The notes under the pieces are model-generated. The model made no database searches, was not told the DNA's origin, and worked only from the letters and a program-made list of their open reading frames with translations. Positions 37,078 to 45,973 of a stretch of 64,000 nt of DNA are shown here, in pieces. The DNA lies in the NCBI GenBank assembly GCA_963708135.1, contig OY970192.1:4736001-4800000 (forward strand). Reading direction: 5' to 3'. The stretch comes from an uncultured Gemmatimonadales bacterium. Its GTDB lineage: Bacteria; Gemmatimonadota; Gemmatimonadetes; Longimicrobiales; RSA9. Position 1 is the first letter of the stretch; the number at the start of each line of letters is the position of its first letter. The translations under genes and the position numbers were made by a program.

Positions 37078-38774
37078 GCATGTTCGAAGATGACGACAAC
37101 TACATTGGCAAGCTGGTTGGCAACACCGGAGAGCCCAACAAGCTGACAATCGCGCTACGTACGAGCTTTTCGGCACGGCGCGGCGAGTTCGTGCGGGTGG
37201 CCCACCAGGAGCGGGAGTCTGAGTCGCAGATCGACGTGCTGGGCCGCGTCGTGGGGCTCTCGCGGTCGAACATCCTGTTCAGTCCGGCGCTCGGCGAAGG
37301 GATCAGTGAAGTCGAGCTGCTCCCACAGTCGCGGCTCTCGGGCGAGACCGTCTACGCGACGCTCGAACTGGTCGGCTACAAGGACCCGTATACCGGTGAG
37401 ATCCGTATCCCACGACGTCCCCTGACGCCAGGGACCAAGGTCTACGGGGTCGACTACGCCTTCCTCACGAGCTTCTACGAATTCTCAGAGGATACCAGCA
37501 TCCACCTGGGGAACCTCGTCGGCTACGAGAAAGGCGAGAACATCGTCCCGGTCTTCCTCGACGCTAACACGCTGGTGACTGAGCACCTCGCGGTGCTTGC
37601 AATGACGGGCTCGGGAAAGAGCTACACGGTCGGGCGCGTGATCGAGCGGCTCGTCTCGCAGCTCAATGCGTCAGTCGTGGTCTTCGACCCGCATGGCGAG
37701 TACGGCAAGGCCTTCCGAACCGGCAAGCTCAATTTCAACGACCGGCTCGACAAAGTGGAGGATCCTCGGGATCGGCAGAAGCTGGCGGAGATTCAGGATT
37801 CGCTCCAGCAGTTGCAGGATCGCGGGGGCGGCATCAAGGTCTACACGCCGCAGCTGCGTAGCTTCGACGAGAAGTACGCGGGGAAGAACACGCGTCTGGC
37901 GCTTCAGCTCGACCACTTCGACGTGGACGAGTTCTCGGGTGTGCTTCCTGGCCTGACGGAGCCGCAGCAGCGCGTGCTCGACGTCGCGCTGCGCTACTGG
38001 AAGGAGAACGTCGACGAGCCTCGCGACATTCAGGAGCTCTTCGGAGTCCTCGACGATCTCGATCGCCTGAAGGAGTGGGTGACGGAGTCCGGCAGCCAGG
38101 GCGAGGCGAACGCGCTGCGCGGAGGAAGTGCCAACATCGCCGCCATCCGTCTTCGGCGCATGATCAACGAAGCCCAGAGCTTCTACTCGCGCGCGGCTGG
38201 TGACCCCTTCGACGTGTACGAGATGGTCGGCGACGATAACGCCGAGGCCGGACGGCTCTGCATCATCGACCTCCAAGGGCTCTCGAACACGGCAAGGCAG
38301 GTCATCGTCGCGCTCATCTCGAGCGAGCTCATGAAGGCGGCGGCCGACAAGCAGCGTCCGACCCGACCGGTGTTCATCGTCTACGAGGAAGGGCACAACT
38401 TTGCGCCCGCCGGCGAAGCGGCGATCTCGAAGAACATCATCAAGCGCATCGCGGCCGAGGGCCGAAAGTTCGGCGTCGGATTCGCGATCGTCAGCCAGCG
38501 GCCGAGCAAGCTCGACTCCGACGTGACGAGTCAGTGCAACACCATCGTCGCGATGCGCATCAAGAACCCCGACGACCAGCGGTTCATCCAGAAAACCTCC
38601 GACTACTTCTCTGCAGCGGATCTGGCGGAGCTTCCGACGCTATCGACCGGCGAGGCACTGATCTGCGGACGCGCGATCATCGCGCCGCTCGTCGTGAAGG
38701 TCGGCACCAAGGCGCTCATTCACGGCGGTGAGTCACCACGCGTGTGCGAGCGGTGGGGGCGGGCGAGCGGATGA
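37074..38774 (+). CDS. herA: HerA-family ATPase/translocase
   Basis: HAS-barrel N-terminus, HLAVLAMTGSGKS, FDPHGEY, YEEGHNFAP, EGRKFGVG..IVSQRPS and SQCNT. Confidence 0.92.
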   Translation: MSMFEDDDNYIGKLVGNTGEPNKLTIALRTSFSARRGEFVRVAHQERESESQIDVLGRVVGLSRSNILFSPALGEGISEVELLPQSRLSGETVYATLELVGYKDPYTGEIRIPRRPLTPGTKVYGVDYAFLTSFYEFSEDTSIHLGNLVGYEKGENIVPVFLDANTLVTEHLAVLAMTGSGKSYTVGRVIERLVSQLNASVVVFDPHGEYGKAFRTGKLNFNDRLDKVEDPRDRQKLAEIQDSLQQLQDRGGGIKVYTPQLRSFDEKYAGKNTRLALQLDHFDVDEFSGVLPGLTEPQQRVLDVALRYWKENVDEPRDIQELFGVLDDLDRLKEWVTESGSQGEANALRGGSANIAAIRLRRMINEAQSFYSRAAGDPFDVYEMVGDDNAEAGRLCIIDLQGLSNTARQVIVALISSELMKAAADKQRPTRPVFIVYEEGHNFAPAGEAAISKNIIKRIAAEGRKFGVGFAIVSQRPSKLDSDVTSQCNTIVAMRIKNPDDQRFIQKTSDYFSAADLAELPTLSTGEALICGRAIIAPLVVKVGTKALIHGGESPRVCERWGRASG

Positions 38775-39397
38775 TGCGCGGCCGCTCGACATCACCGTCG
38801 GACTTGGTGTTCGGCGGGATCACCAACCGCGACCTGATGGTCGAGCATTTCCCGATGCTGCTGTCTTCGGGGATTCCGGACATGGGGCTTACGGTTCACT
38901 CACACTTCCTCACGTTGCTGGCGAGCGCGGGGCAGTTGCAGGGCTACTCTGCCGTGGCGGAGTGCCCAATCTGTTGGACGCGCGACAATGGTCTTGGAGA
39001 CGTCCGCGTGGACTCGGTGTGGTTCGAGAAGCAATCGGGCGAAGCCTCGCTCGCGTTTGAATTCGAACGGTTCGAGCGCGGCGACAAAGGGAAGCTGCGG
39101 GGCAAGGTCGAGAACCTTGCAGTCGCGTCGACCGCGGCCCCGAGTCTGAAGCTGTGTGTCCTGATCTACTGGGTGCGCAGCGGCTCGGCTCCGCGGAGCA
39201 TGGACGCGATCATCGCGAGCTACCGCGACGGCTTCCGGCGACGTGGCATTGTTGTGGCCCCGGCGCGCACGCCGTTGATGATCATCAAGTGCGTGATGCG
39301 CCCGGTACCCAATTCCGACCGGCTGGTGTTCGGCGAGTTCTTGCGCGACGAGCGCAACGAGAGGCTTGCGCTGGGCAGGGCAGAGCCGTGGCGCTGA
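38771..39397 (+). CDS. Putative PD-(D/E)xK-fold nuclease
   Basis: GY....E, RVDSVW ... LAFEFE and K..NL pattern of a restriction-like fold. Confidence 0.6.
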   Translation: MMRGRSTSPSDLVFGGITNRDLMVEHFPMLLSSGIPDMGLTVHSHFLTLLASAGQLQGYSAVAECPICWTRDNGLGDVRVDSVWFEKQSGEASLAFEFERFERGDKGKLRGKVENLAVASTAAPSLKLCVLIYWVRSGSAPRSMDAIIASYRDGFRRRGIVVAPARTPLMIIKCVMRPVPNSDRLVFGEFLRDERNERLALGRAEPWR

Positions 39398-40968
39398 TCC
39401 TATTCCGTGGCAAACCCGGCGAGGAGCTGGGCGATCGGTTTCGCTTGCTGGCCGAGCTCGGCAAAGGGAGCTTCGGCGAGGTGTGGCAGGCACGTAGACT
39501 GAAGGATGGTGCCACGGTCGCGATCAAGATCCCGAAGGACCAGGAGAAGGGCGAGGAGGTGCTTCGCAAGGAGTCGGACATCATCAGGGACATTCACCAT
39601 CCGAACATCGTTCGCGTCCAAGGCTTCCACAACATCAGCGAGCTTTTCGTGATAGAGATGGAGTTCGTCAATGGCTATGACTTGGCGAAGGTCCTCGATA
39701 GCGTCAGTACCCGGGCGCCGCTCACCTTCGAACAAATGCTCGAATGGACGCTGCAGATTCTCGACGGTTTGGCTGCCGTCCACGCCGCGAACATATCGCA
39801 CAACGATCTGAAGCCGCAGAACATCCTCGTCGATAAGGCGTCCGGGGTAGCGAAGATCACTGATTTCGGATTGAGCCGCCGGCTCGAGGATGTCTGGGTG
39901 TGGACCAAGCGCCACGGCACGGAGGCGTACATGGCCCCTGAGGTCGCTCTCGAGGGGAAGCGCGCTCGGGACGTGACCGACATCTACTCGATCGGCGTCC
40001 TACTCTACGAGATGGCCACGGGACGGCTGCCGTATTCTACCCCGCATCAACTGCTCACCGGGGTGCAGATCGCAAAGCCTCGTGAGGTCAACCGCGATGT
40101 GCCCGCCGACCTGGAGGACGTGATCCTTCGTGCGATGGCGCGGCGGCCCGAGAGCCGTTTTCAGACCTGCGGATCGATGCGCGCCGCCGTGCAAACATGC
40201 CTTGTCCGGCTGCGCGCCGACGCGGCAACGGCAGCCATGCCGGCTCGCTCGGAGCCCAGCCAGCTCGGCTTCCGGCCGCCCTCGTCCAGCCCGCTTTACT
40301 ACCTCGAGCTTGCTAAGCAACGACTGGCCGCGGGCGATGCTGAGGGCGCCCTGGGGGCGGCGGAGGCGGCTGTGGATCGAAGCGACGGCCATCCGCAGTA
40401 CCTGCGAATGCTCGGCGGCATCTGCTTACGTTTGGGTTACGACCGCAAAGCAGCCGAAGCATACGAGCAGCTGCTCGCCGCCTTCGATCGGGGCTACCCG
40501 GTGGAAGGACATCTACGAAGGGACGTGTTCGAGCGACTTGGTCAGCTGTACATCAACCTTCAGCGGTACGGAGAAGCCGTAGCGATCTACGAGCGCCTCG
40601 TAGACGCCCTTGACCGGCCATTCTCCCGCTTCCGACTGGCTGTCGCTGTGGGTCTCGATGGCGACTATGGGCGCGCGATTCAGTTGCTCGAATCCGTTCG
40701 AGCAGAGCGGCCAGACGCCGTCGTCGTCTACTCCAAGCTCGGGTGGGCCCACGCGCTCAACGGGAACGATCGTGTCGCGCTCAGCTTCTACAACCAGGCC
40801 CTGGCCCGGGACGCCTTTGACCTGTTCAGCCTCTTCGAGCTCGGGAAGTACTACTACATGCTTGGTAGCCGCCGACGCGCTCGGGAGTACTTCGAGCGGG
40901 TCATGGACGCAGACAAGCAGGGGGGCTACGCCGATCGCGTGCGTGAGCTCACTAACTCCAGTGCGTGA
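39388..40968 (+). CDS. Ser/Thr kinase with C-terminal TPR repeats
   Basis: LGKGSFGEV, VAIK, HNDLKPQN, TDFG, GTEAYMAPE and TPR-like helices. Confidence 0.92.
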   Translation: MALILFRGKPGEELGDRFRLLAELGKGSFGEVWQARRLKDGATVAIKIPKDQEKGEEVLRKESDIIRDIHHPNIVRVQGFHNISELFVIEMEFVNGYDLAKVLDSVSTRAPLTFEQMLEWTLQILDGLAAVHAANISHNDLKPQNILVDKASGVAKITDFGLSRRLEDVWVWTKRHGTEAYMAPEVALEGKRARDVTDIYSIGVLLYEMATGRLPYSTPHQLLTGVQIAKPREVNRDVPADLEDVILRAMARRPESRFQTCGSMRAAVQTCLVRLRADAATAAMPARSEPSQLGFRPPSSSPLYYLELAKQRLAAGDAEGALGAAEAAVDRSDGHPQYLRMLGGICLRLGYDRKAAEAYEQLLAAFDRGYPVEGHLRRDVFERLGQLYINLQRYGEAVAIYERLVDALDRPFSRFRLAVAVGLDGDYGRAIQLLESVRAERPDAVVVYSKLGWAHALNGNDRVALSFYNQALARDAFDLFSLFELGKYYYMLGSRRRAREYFERVMDADKQGGYADRVRELTNSSA

Positions 40969-41095
40969 GCCGTCACACGGCGCCCACCTGCAGACGAGTC
41001 ACAAGCAACACTCACACGGAAGGCCGGCACGCCGAAACTCTCTTGTCGTAGCCAGCCGGCCAGCGGCTCGTGAAAGCCGCCGGCCGGCCGTCAAT

Positions 41096-43375
41096 TCAGC
41101 GGAGACGTGCCCCAACTTCTTGGGCAGCTGCCTCCACCTCAGCGACCACTTCCCTGAGGAAGAGGTTTCGGTCGGGTGACGGGACGACATCCGGGACAGG
41201 TGCTGCCGGCTCGTAAATGTCGTCACCGATGATCCGCGCACGCACGAAGGTTGAGCCAGTGCCGTGCTTGTCGTAGGCGTCTCGCCATTCGTTCGCGCGA
41301 TCCCGCCACACACGGCGCGTTGACAGCTCCATCAGTCGGCTCGCGATGTTCTCGGCGATGGCGTCGTACGTGGCCTGCTCCTCGTCTTCAGTAGGTTCCG
41401 GCCCCTCCCATTCAAGCGGGTTCTGGACGAAAACGTAGATCTTCTGGGTCAGCTCGCGCCGGAGATCAGCAACGGGCTTCAACGTGTCGTATTCGTCCGC
41501 CATCCCGGTGGCAAGCCGCCTGCTCAACGCCTTGACGCGGGTCCAGTGTTCCTTGGTCATAGCCACGCCAGACTCCAGGCCCAGCCGCTGCCGCCATGCA
41601 TGCTGGAACGCTTCGGCTGCGCTGCGGATCCCGAGTACGAGATCCATTCTATCATATACCGGTTGAGCAGATGCCGGCTGCGGACGATCTACCACGTCTT
41701 CGATCGCTTGCAGCAGGCCGCGAAGTTGCTTTACCGTTCGCCTTCCTGCGGCGGTATTCGTTGCCAGTGGCTCGTGTAGGCCGCCTAGGAAGAAGCGTGC
41801 ACCATCTAGGCGCTTTCGCACTGCACGCTCCGCATGCGCACCCAGTTCCTCGCCGAACGCAGCCAGCACGTTCTCGGCCGACGCCAGAACGTGTTGAGCC
41901 TTTGCATCAGCGTTAGGGAGGTTGTCACCTTTCACCTCATCGAAATGGGTGAACGCGACGATGAGCTTACGCGCGTTGCCAGTGGATATGATTTCGCGCA
42001 TTGCCGCGACGGGCGCGGCCTGCATCGGCTGCGTTGCGTTGTCGATCAACAAGACGGCGTCGACCACTTCAATGCGACGGCTCACTCCTGTTGAGACAGA
42101 GGATGCTGATGTCGGAGTGTGGCCGAGTCCTTCACCGTCCAGGATGACGAGCTTCGGAGGACTCTGCCCCTCCAGCCATGTGGGTGTGAAGGGGCCGGAT
42201 ACCCGAACTCCGTTGACCAGGGGAGTCAGGAGGCGACCGTAGTAGGGCGCGTAGTTGCTGGAGAACCTGGTGATCGCCTTCAGGAAGTCACGGCGAGCAT
42301 CGGTATCCCATTCGGCGTGCCATGAAAGCGGCCAGCCTTGCTTTGTCTTCTTGACCGTACCCTGCGGTAGGAGTTCGAAGCGCTTCTCGATCTCGTCCAT
42401 CAGAGCGTCGGCAACAGCGTGGAACTCCTCGTCGTCCCGGAGCAGATTATCGAGCTCTTCCTCGAACAGTTCTTCGAGGACACGCTCGTCCCCTTCATCG
42501 GCAGCGGCAAGCTCGTCCCGGAGGCGCTCTCCGAGGCGCTGTGAGACACTTCGCAGCTGAGACACAACGCGCTGGAGCAGTTCTGCGGTTACGTCCATGT
42601 CAATGTCGCCGAGTTCCTCCGCGGTAAAGAGCTCGTCGTCGCCCTGGTCGTCTTCGTCCTCGTCATCAAGGCCGAAGGCGACGCTCTTCACGCTCGGCCC
42701 CGTCCCGAGGACGTAGCTGAAGCGATACCGCTGGTTCACATGGTTCAAGAGGCGCCGCAGGATCGTTGCGTCGTCCGCGCCCTTTGATGCGGCCAGTACA
42801 GCCGCCGAAATGCATTCATTCAGGTACTCTCGGATCTCGTCGGAAGTCGCAAATGTGACAATCGCCCGCCATGGCCCGTCGTCGACGATGATCTCGGTAT
42901 CGTGAATGGTCGTCTTTGCCGTTGAGGTTGACGGAAAGCGCTCCGTCGCCGGGTCGGTTCCGATCAGTTGCCGCACGACAGTTGTCTTGCCGGCTCCCGT
43001 CGTGCCCAACAGCAGCACACGACGATACCCGTCAGGCGAGGAAGGCGGCAGAGCAACCGCTTCGTCGCGGATCCGAGCAAAGTCGACCTCCTCGGGCACC
43101 ATCTTATCGAAAAAGATGTTGACGACTCTCTGGTCGAAACGCCGTTCGGCCTCCGGACGGGCGGCTGCGTCATGGAACAGCGTGTCCCGGAGGAGTTCGT
43201 TGAGTTGATCGCGCAGTCGCCCTGCCTCGGCCACGTCGCGGGTCCCGAGACCTTTGCGCACACGAACGCCGGGCTTTCCTGTCGCCTCATCTCGGCGTAC
43301 AGGATGCCGGAAGATCACGGTGTAGCCGGACCGGCCCTGAGTCTGGCTCAGACTGGCGGTGTACCGCTTGCTCAT
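41096..43375 (-). CDS. Dynamin-like GTPase with an N-terminal integrase-arm-like domain
   Basis: G1 GTTGAGKT, G2 STAKTT, G3 DGEG, G4 THFD; N-terminal RVRKGLGTRD..EA; GGAGG RBS. Confidence 0.72.
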   Translation of the reverse strand: MSKRYTASLSQTQGRSGYTVIFRHPVRRDEATGKPGVRVRKGLGTRDVAEAGRLRDQLNELLRDTLFHDAAARPEAERRFDQRVVNIFFDKMVPEEVDFARIRDEAVALPPSSPDGYRRVLLLGTTGAGKTTVVRQLIGTDPATERFPSTSTAKTTIHDTEIIVDDGPWRAIVTFATSDEIREYLNECISAAVLAASKGADDATILRRLLNHVNQRYRFSYVLGTGPSVKSVAFGLDDEDEDDQGDDELFTAEELGDIDMDVTAELLQRVVSQLRSVSQRLGERLRDELAAADEGDERVLEELFEEELDNLLRDDEEFHAVADALMDEIEKRFELLPQGTVKKTKQGWPLSWHAEWDTDARRDFLKAITRFSSNYAPYYGRLLTPLVNGVRVSGPFTPTWLEGQSPPKLVILDGEGLGHTPTSASSVSTGVSRRIEVVDAVLLIDNATQPMQAAPVAAMREIISTGNARKLIVAFTHFDEVKGDNLPNADAKAQHVLASAENVLAAFGEELGAHAERAVRKRLDGARFFLGGLHEPLATNTAAGRRTVKQLRGLLQAIEDVVDRPQPASAQPVYDRMDLVLGIRSAAEAFQHAWRQRLGLESGVAMTKEHWTRVKALSRRLATGMADEYDTLKPVADLRRELTQKIYVFVQNPLEWEGPEPTEDEEQATYDAIAENIASRLMELSTRRVWRDRANEWRDAYDKHGTGSTFVRARIIGDDIYEPAAPVPDVVPSPDRNLFLREVVAEVEAAAQEVGARLR

Positions 43376-43565
43376 TTGCCGCCTCCACGTTGTTCCTTTG
43401 TTGTTCCGACGGAAGAGTAAGGCCGTAGCAGCCGGCACGCAAGAGTCTCGGGAACAACCAAGGAACAACGGAAGCGCCGGCGCAGCTGTCTCACCCAGCT
43501 TGTGTCAGAATCCGATCCGTGTTCTAAGGTGTTGTCAATCCGCGCCTTCCGAGCTTGATCTCAAA

Positions 43566-43592
43566 ACGGGTGAGTCGATACAGGACCCAGGA
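43566..43592. other. attR (arm ACGGGTG 43566-43572 plus core CCAGGA 43587-43592)
   Basis: See attL; QueG similarity begins exactly at the core. Confidence 0.8.
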
Positions 43593-44028
43593 GGTGTGTC
43601 CGTGGAATTCGGCGAAAATCGTTCAGCTCACGGCTGGCCTGGACTTTTTCCCGCGGGCCGGGGAACCGCCGGATTCGGATTCCGCGCCTGCGGCGCTGGA
43701 TTCGGATTCGGATTCGTTGCGGGCGGGGCAGGACGCGGCGCGCGGCGTCGTGCTGCCGGGTACGGATGCGCCATCGCTCGTTCGGCTCATGCGGATGACG
43801 CGGGAGGAGTGGGACCGGTGGACGCGCGGGTCGGCGATCCGGCGCGCCGGCTACGAGGGGTTCCGGCGCAACGTGGCGGTGGCGCTTGGGAACTGGCTGG
43901 CATCCGGGGCTGAGGCACCGGAGGATGCGGTGGCGGTGCTCCGGGATGCTCTCGAGGACGAGAGCGAGCTGGTGCGGGAGCACGCGGCGTGGGCGCTGCG
44001 GCGCGCGGGTCGATCCGGCGGCGGCTGA
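43587..44028 (+). pseudogene. queG: Displaced native 3' end of queG
   Basis: QEVCPWN...PGTDAPSL...RGSAIRRAGYEGFRRNVAVALGNW...LVREHAAWAL, homologous to 4207-4666. Confidence 0.9.
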
Positions 44029-44227
44029 GCCTCCCACCGAGCCAGCTCCGACGCGGTGGTCCAGCCGGACCGAGATTGGCTCACCCGCAAGCTGTCCGTG
44101 TACGCGGAGCCAGAGTTCCTCGAGATCCGCGACGTGATGCGCGGCCCGGCGACGACGCGCTGCCGGGCGAGTTCTACGACGCACGCAACGAGCAGTCGTC
44201 CGGCGGAGGCTTTCCGGGCGACGCCGA

Positions 44228-44602
44228 CTACCAGAGAGAGTTGATGATCGGTGATGCAGGCGTGCCGTACAGGCTGCACTTGCCGAGCCACTCGACCAGC
44301 GCCGGAAAGTCCTCCCAGCTCTCCTGCGCCCGCTGGAAGTGGTCTGCAACACCAGCATCCGTCTCGTAGACTTCCGCGAGCACGTAGCACATGTTGCCGG
44401 TAGGCGCAGAACCCGTGTCCATCGGGTTTTCCAGCTCCGGGGCTCTGGACACCTCGTAGCTCAGCAGGGCCCGGTCTCCGCTGCGATGGTGCGTCCGCTC
44501 CATCCACTTCTTGTGGCTCCGGAAGATCCGATCACCCTCCGCGACGTGCTCCTCGGGAGCAATGATCACGTAGTTGAGGTGGGTCTTGCCCTCGTGCGCC
44601 AT
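44228..44602 (-). CDS. Hypothetical protein (possible dimeric alpha+beta barrel)
   Basis: GGAGG RBS, ATG 44602, and YVLAEVYETDAGVADH. Confidence 0.7.
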   Translation of the reverse strand: MAHEGKTHLNYVIIAPEEHVAEGDRIFRSHKKWMERTHHRSGDRALLSYEVSRAPELENPMDTGSAPTGNMCYVLAEVYETDAGVADHFQRAQESWEDFPALVEWLGKCSLYGTPASPIINSLW

Positions 44603-44743
44603 CGTGGCCTCCATTGTGGGGGAAAATGCCTTCGGAATGTGCAAGGTAGGCTTGCGTGCGCGGAGGCACCACCGCGGCGCGCCGGAATCCACGAGGCAAA
44701 GGCGGCGGCCAGAGCGAGACCGCGCCACACGACGCTGGCTGCC

Positions 44744-44938
44744 ACGGTGGAGCTGGTAGAGGTCGATGCGCTCGACGCCGAGCCGGCGCAGGCTCGCTTC
44801 CGCGTTCTTCCGCACGTTCTCCGGCGCGCCGCCATCCGCCATGCCGCCGCTGGACGAGCCGAACTTCGTCGCGATCACGGCTCGCTCCCGTTTCCCGCGC
44901 AGCGCCCGTCCCGGATACTCCTCGCTCGTGCCGCCGTT
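44744..44938 (-). pseudogene. Aldo/keto reductase internal fragment
   Basis: SEE..GRALRGKRERAVIATKFG...EASLRRLGVERIDLYQLHR; both ends are missing. Confidence 0.8.
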
Positions 44939-45062
44939 CTCGGGCTTCCACCTTCACTTCCCGCGCCGCCGGAACCGGCCGGCAGCGCTGCGGGTGCTGA
45001 TCGAGGACGTGCGTCGGGAGATCCGAGGGCAGGGCGACGGTGAGGCGTCTAATCGATTCTGA
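44929..45062 (+). pseudogene. LysR-type regulator C-terminal remnant
   Basis: PPFSGFHLHFPRRRNRPAALRVLIE resembles the LysR/CrgA C-terminal motif. Confidence 0.55.
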
Positions 45063-45510
45063 AGAGCAGCTCCGTCACGTCGTCCTCCGGGTCGGCCGGG
45101 ACCGTCTCGATCTGCACGAACCCGCACTTCTCCAGGACGCGCCGGGAGCCGACGTTGCGCTCGGCCACGCGCGCGAAGAGGGGGCGCGCCGGGACTTCGG
45201 CGAGCAGCCGCACGAGGGCCGCAGTGGCGATCCCCCTTCCCCAGAACGGGCGGCCGAGCCAATAGCCGACGTTCAGGACGTCGTGTTGCGGAAAGCAGGC
45301 GATATACCCCGCCACGTCCCCGGCCACCAGGATGGTCCATGTGCGGTTCCCGGGATCCTCGAGCACACGGGTCCAGTGGGTCAGAAAGGCCTCCCGGTGC
45401 CGCGGCGGGAATGCCGCCATTGCCAGTGCATCCGCGTCAGTCTGGTGCTCGAAGAAGATGTCGAGGTCGTCTGCCTGGACGTCCCGCAGGTGAACGAGGG
45501 ACGCTGTCAT
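45049..45510 (-). CDS. GNAT N-acetyltransferase (RimJ/RimL-like)
   Basis: VGYWLGRPFWGRGIAT and NVGSRRVLEKCGF. Confidence 0.9.
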   Translation of the reverse strand: MTASLVHLRDVQADDLDIFFEHQTDADALAMAAFPPRHREAFLTHWTRVLEDPGNRTWTILVAGDVAGYIACFPQHDVLNVGYWLGRPFWGRGIATAALVRLLAEVPARPLFARVAERNVGSRRVLEKCGFVQIETVPADPEDDVTELLFRID

Positions 45511-45973
45511 TTCTCGTCCGGGGCGCCACAGGGCGCGTTGTCGAGCGTGGGAAAGGCCGGAATCAGAGGGGTCAGGGGCAGGCGGCGCTGCATGAATCGC
45601 TCCGGCTCGAAGTCCCGTGCCTGCGCCGCATGATATCACTGCGCAGCGGGTTCCGCACGGATGGTCCTGATCCGCCTCGCCTCGCCTTCGCGAGCAGTTC
45701 GTCGAGCCGACGATCGGCGTGTCCGCGACCACGGGGTGCACGACCTGCGTCGGCCGCGCGGGCAAGAAGTCAGCCGGGCTCTGGAAGAGGTGCCAGTCAC
45801 ATTCCGGACGTGTGCGTGACCTCCCAATCCTCCGCGATCTTGCCGTCAACGATCCGGCTGATGACCCTGCCCTCGGTCGTCCAGATCCGAGTGCCGGCGG
45901 TTCAGGGCGAAGCGAAGGCTGCCGTAGTCTCCGACCGCACCTCCCGCCGCAGCCGCATTGGCTGTTCCCGCCG

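Larger units (their letters stand above)
4207..43592. mobile_element. Genomic island integrated in queG, flanked by CCAGGA direct repeats
   Basis: Joining 4212 to 43593 restores canonical QueG GCDICQEVCPWN; serine recombinase at the left end; cargo of mobility and defence-type genes. Confidence 0.9.

Noticed and set aside
30957..40968. Canonical BREX/Pgl system or housekeeping NurA-HerA repair locus
   Set aside because: No PglZ, BrxL or PglX recognised; no Mre11/Rad50; NurA looks inactive and the locus lies on an island.
43671..43715. GGATTC microrepeats in the displaced queG end
   Set aside because: They are in-frame Asp-Ser low-complexity linker sequence with too few units to suggest phase variation.
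43555..44028. Independent 157-aa gene starting at TTG 43555
   Set aside because: The first 11 codons are island attR sequence and the rest is the displaced queG end; there is no convincing RBS.
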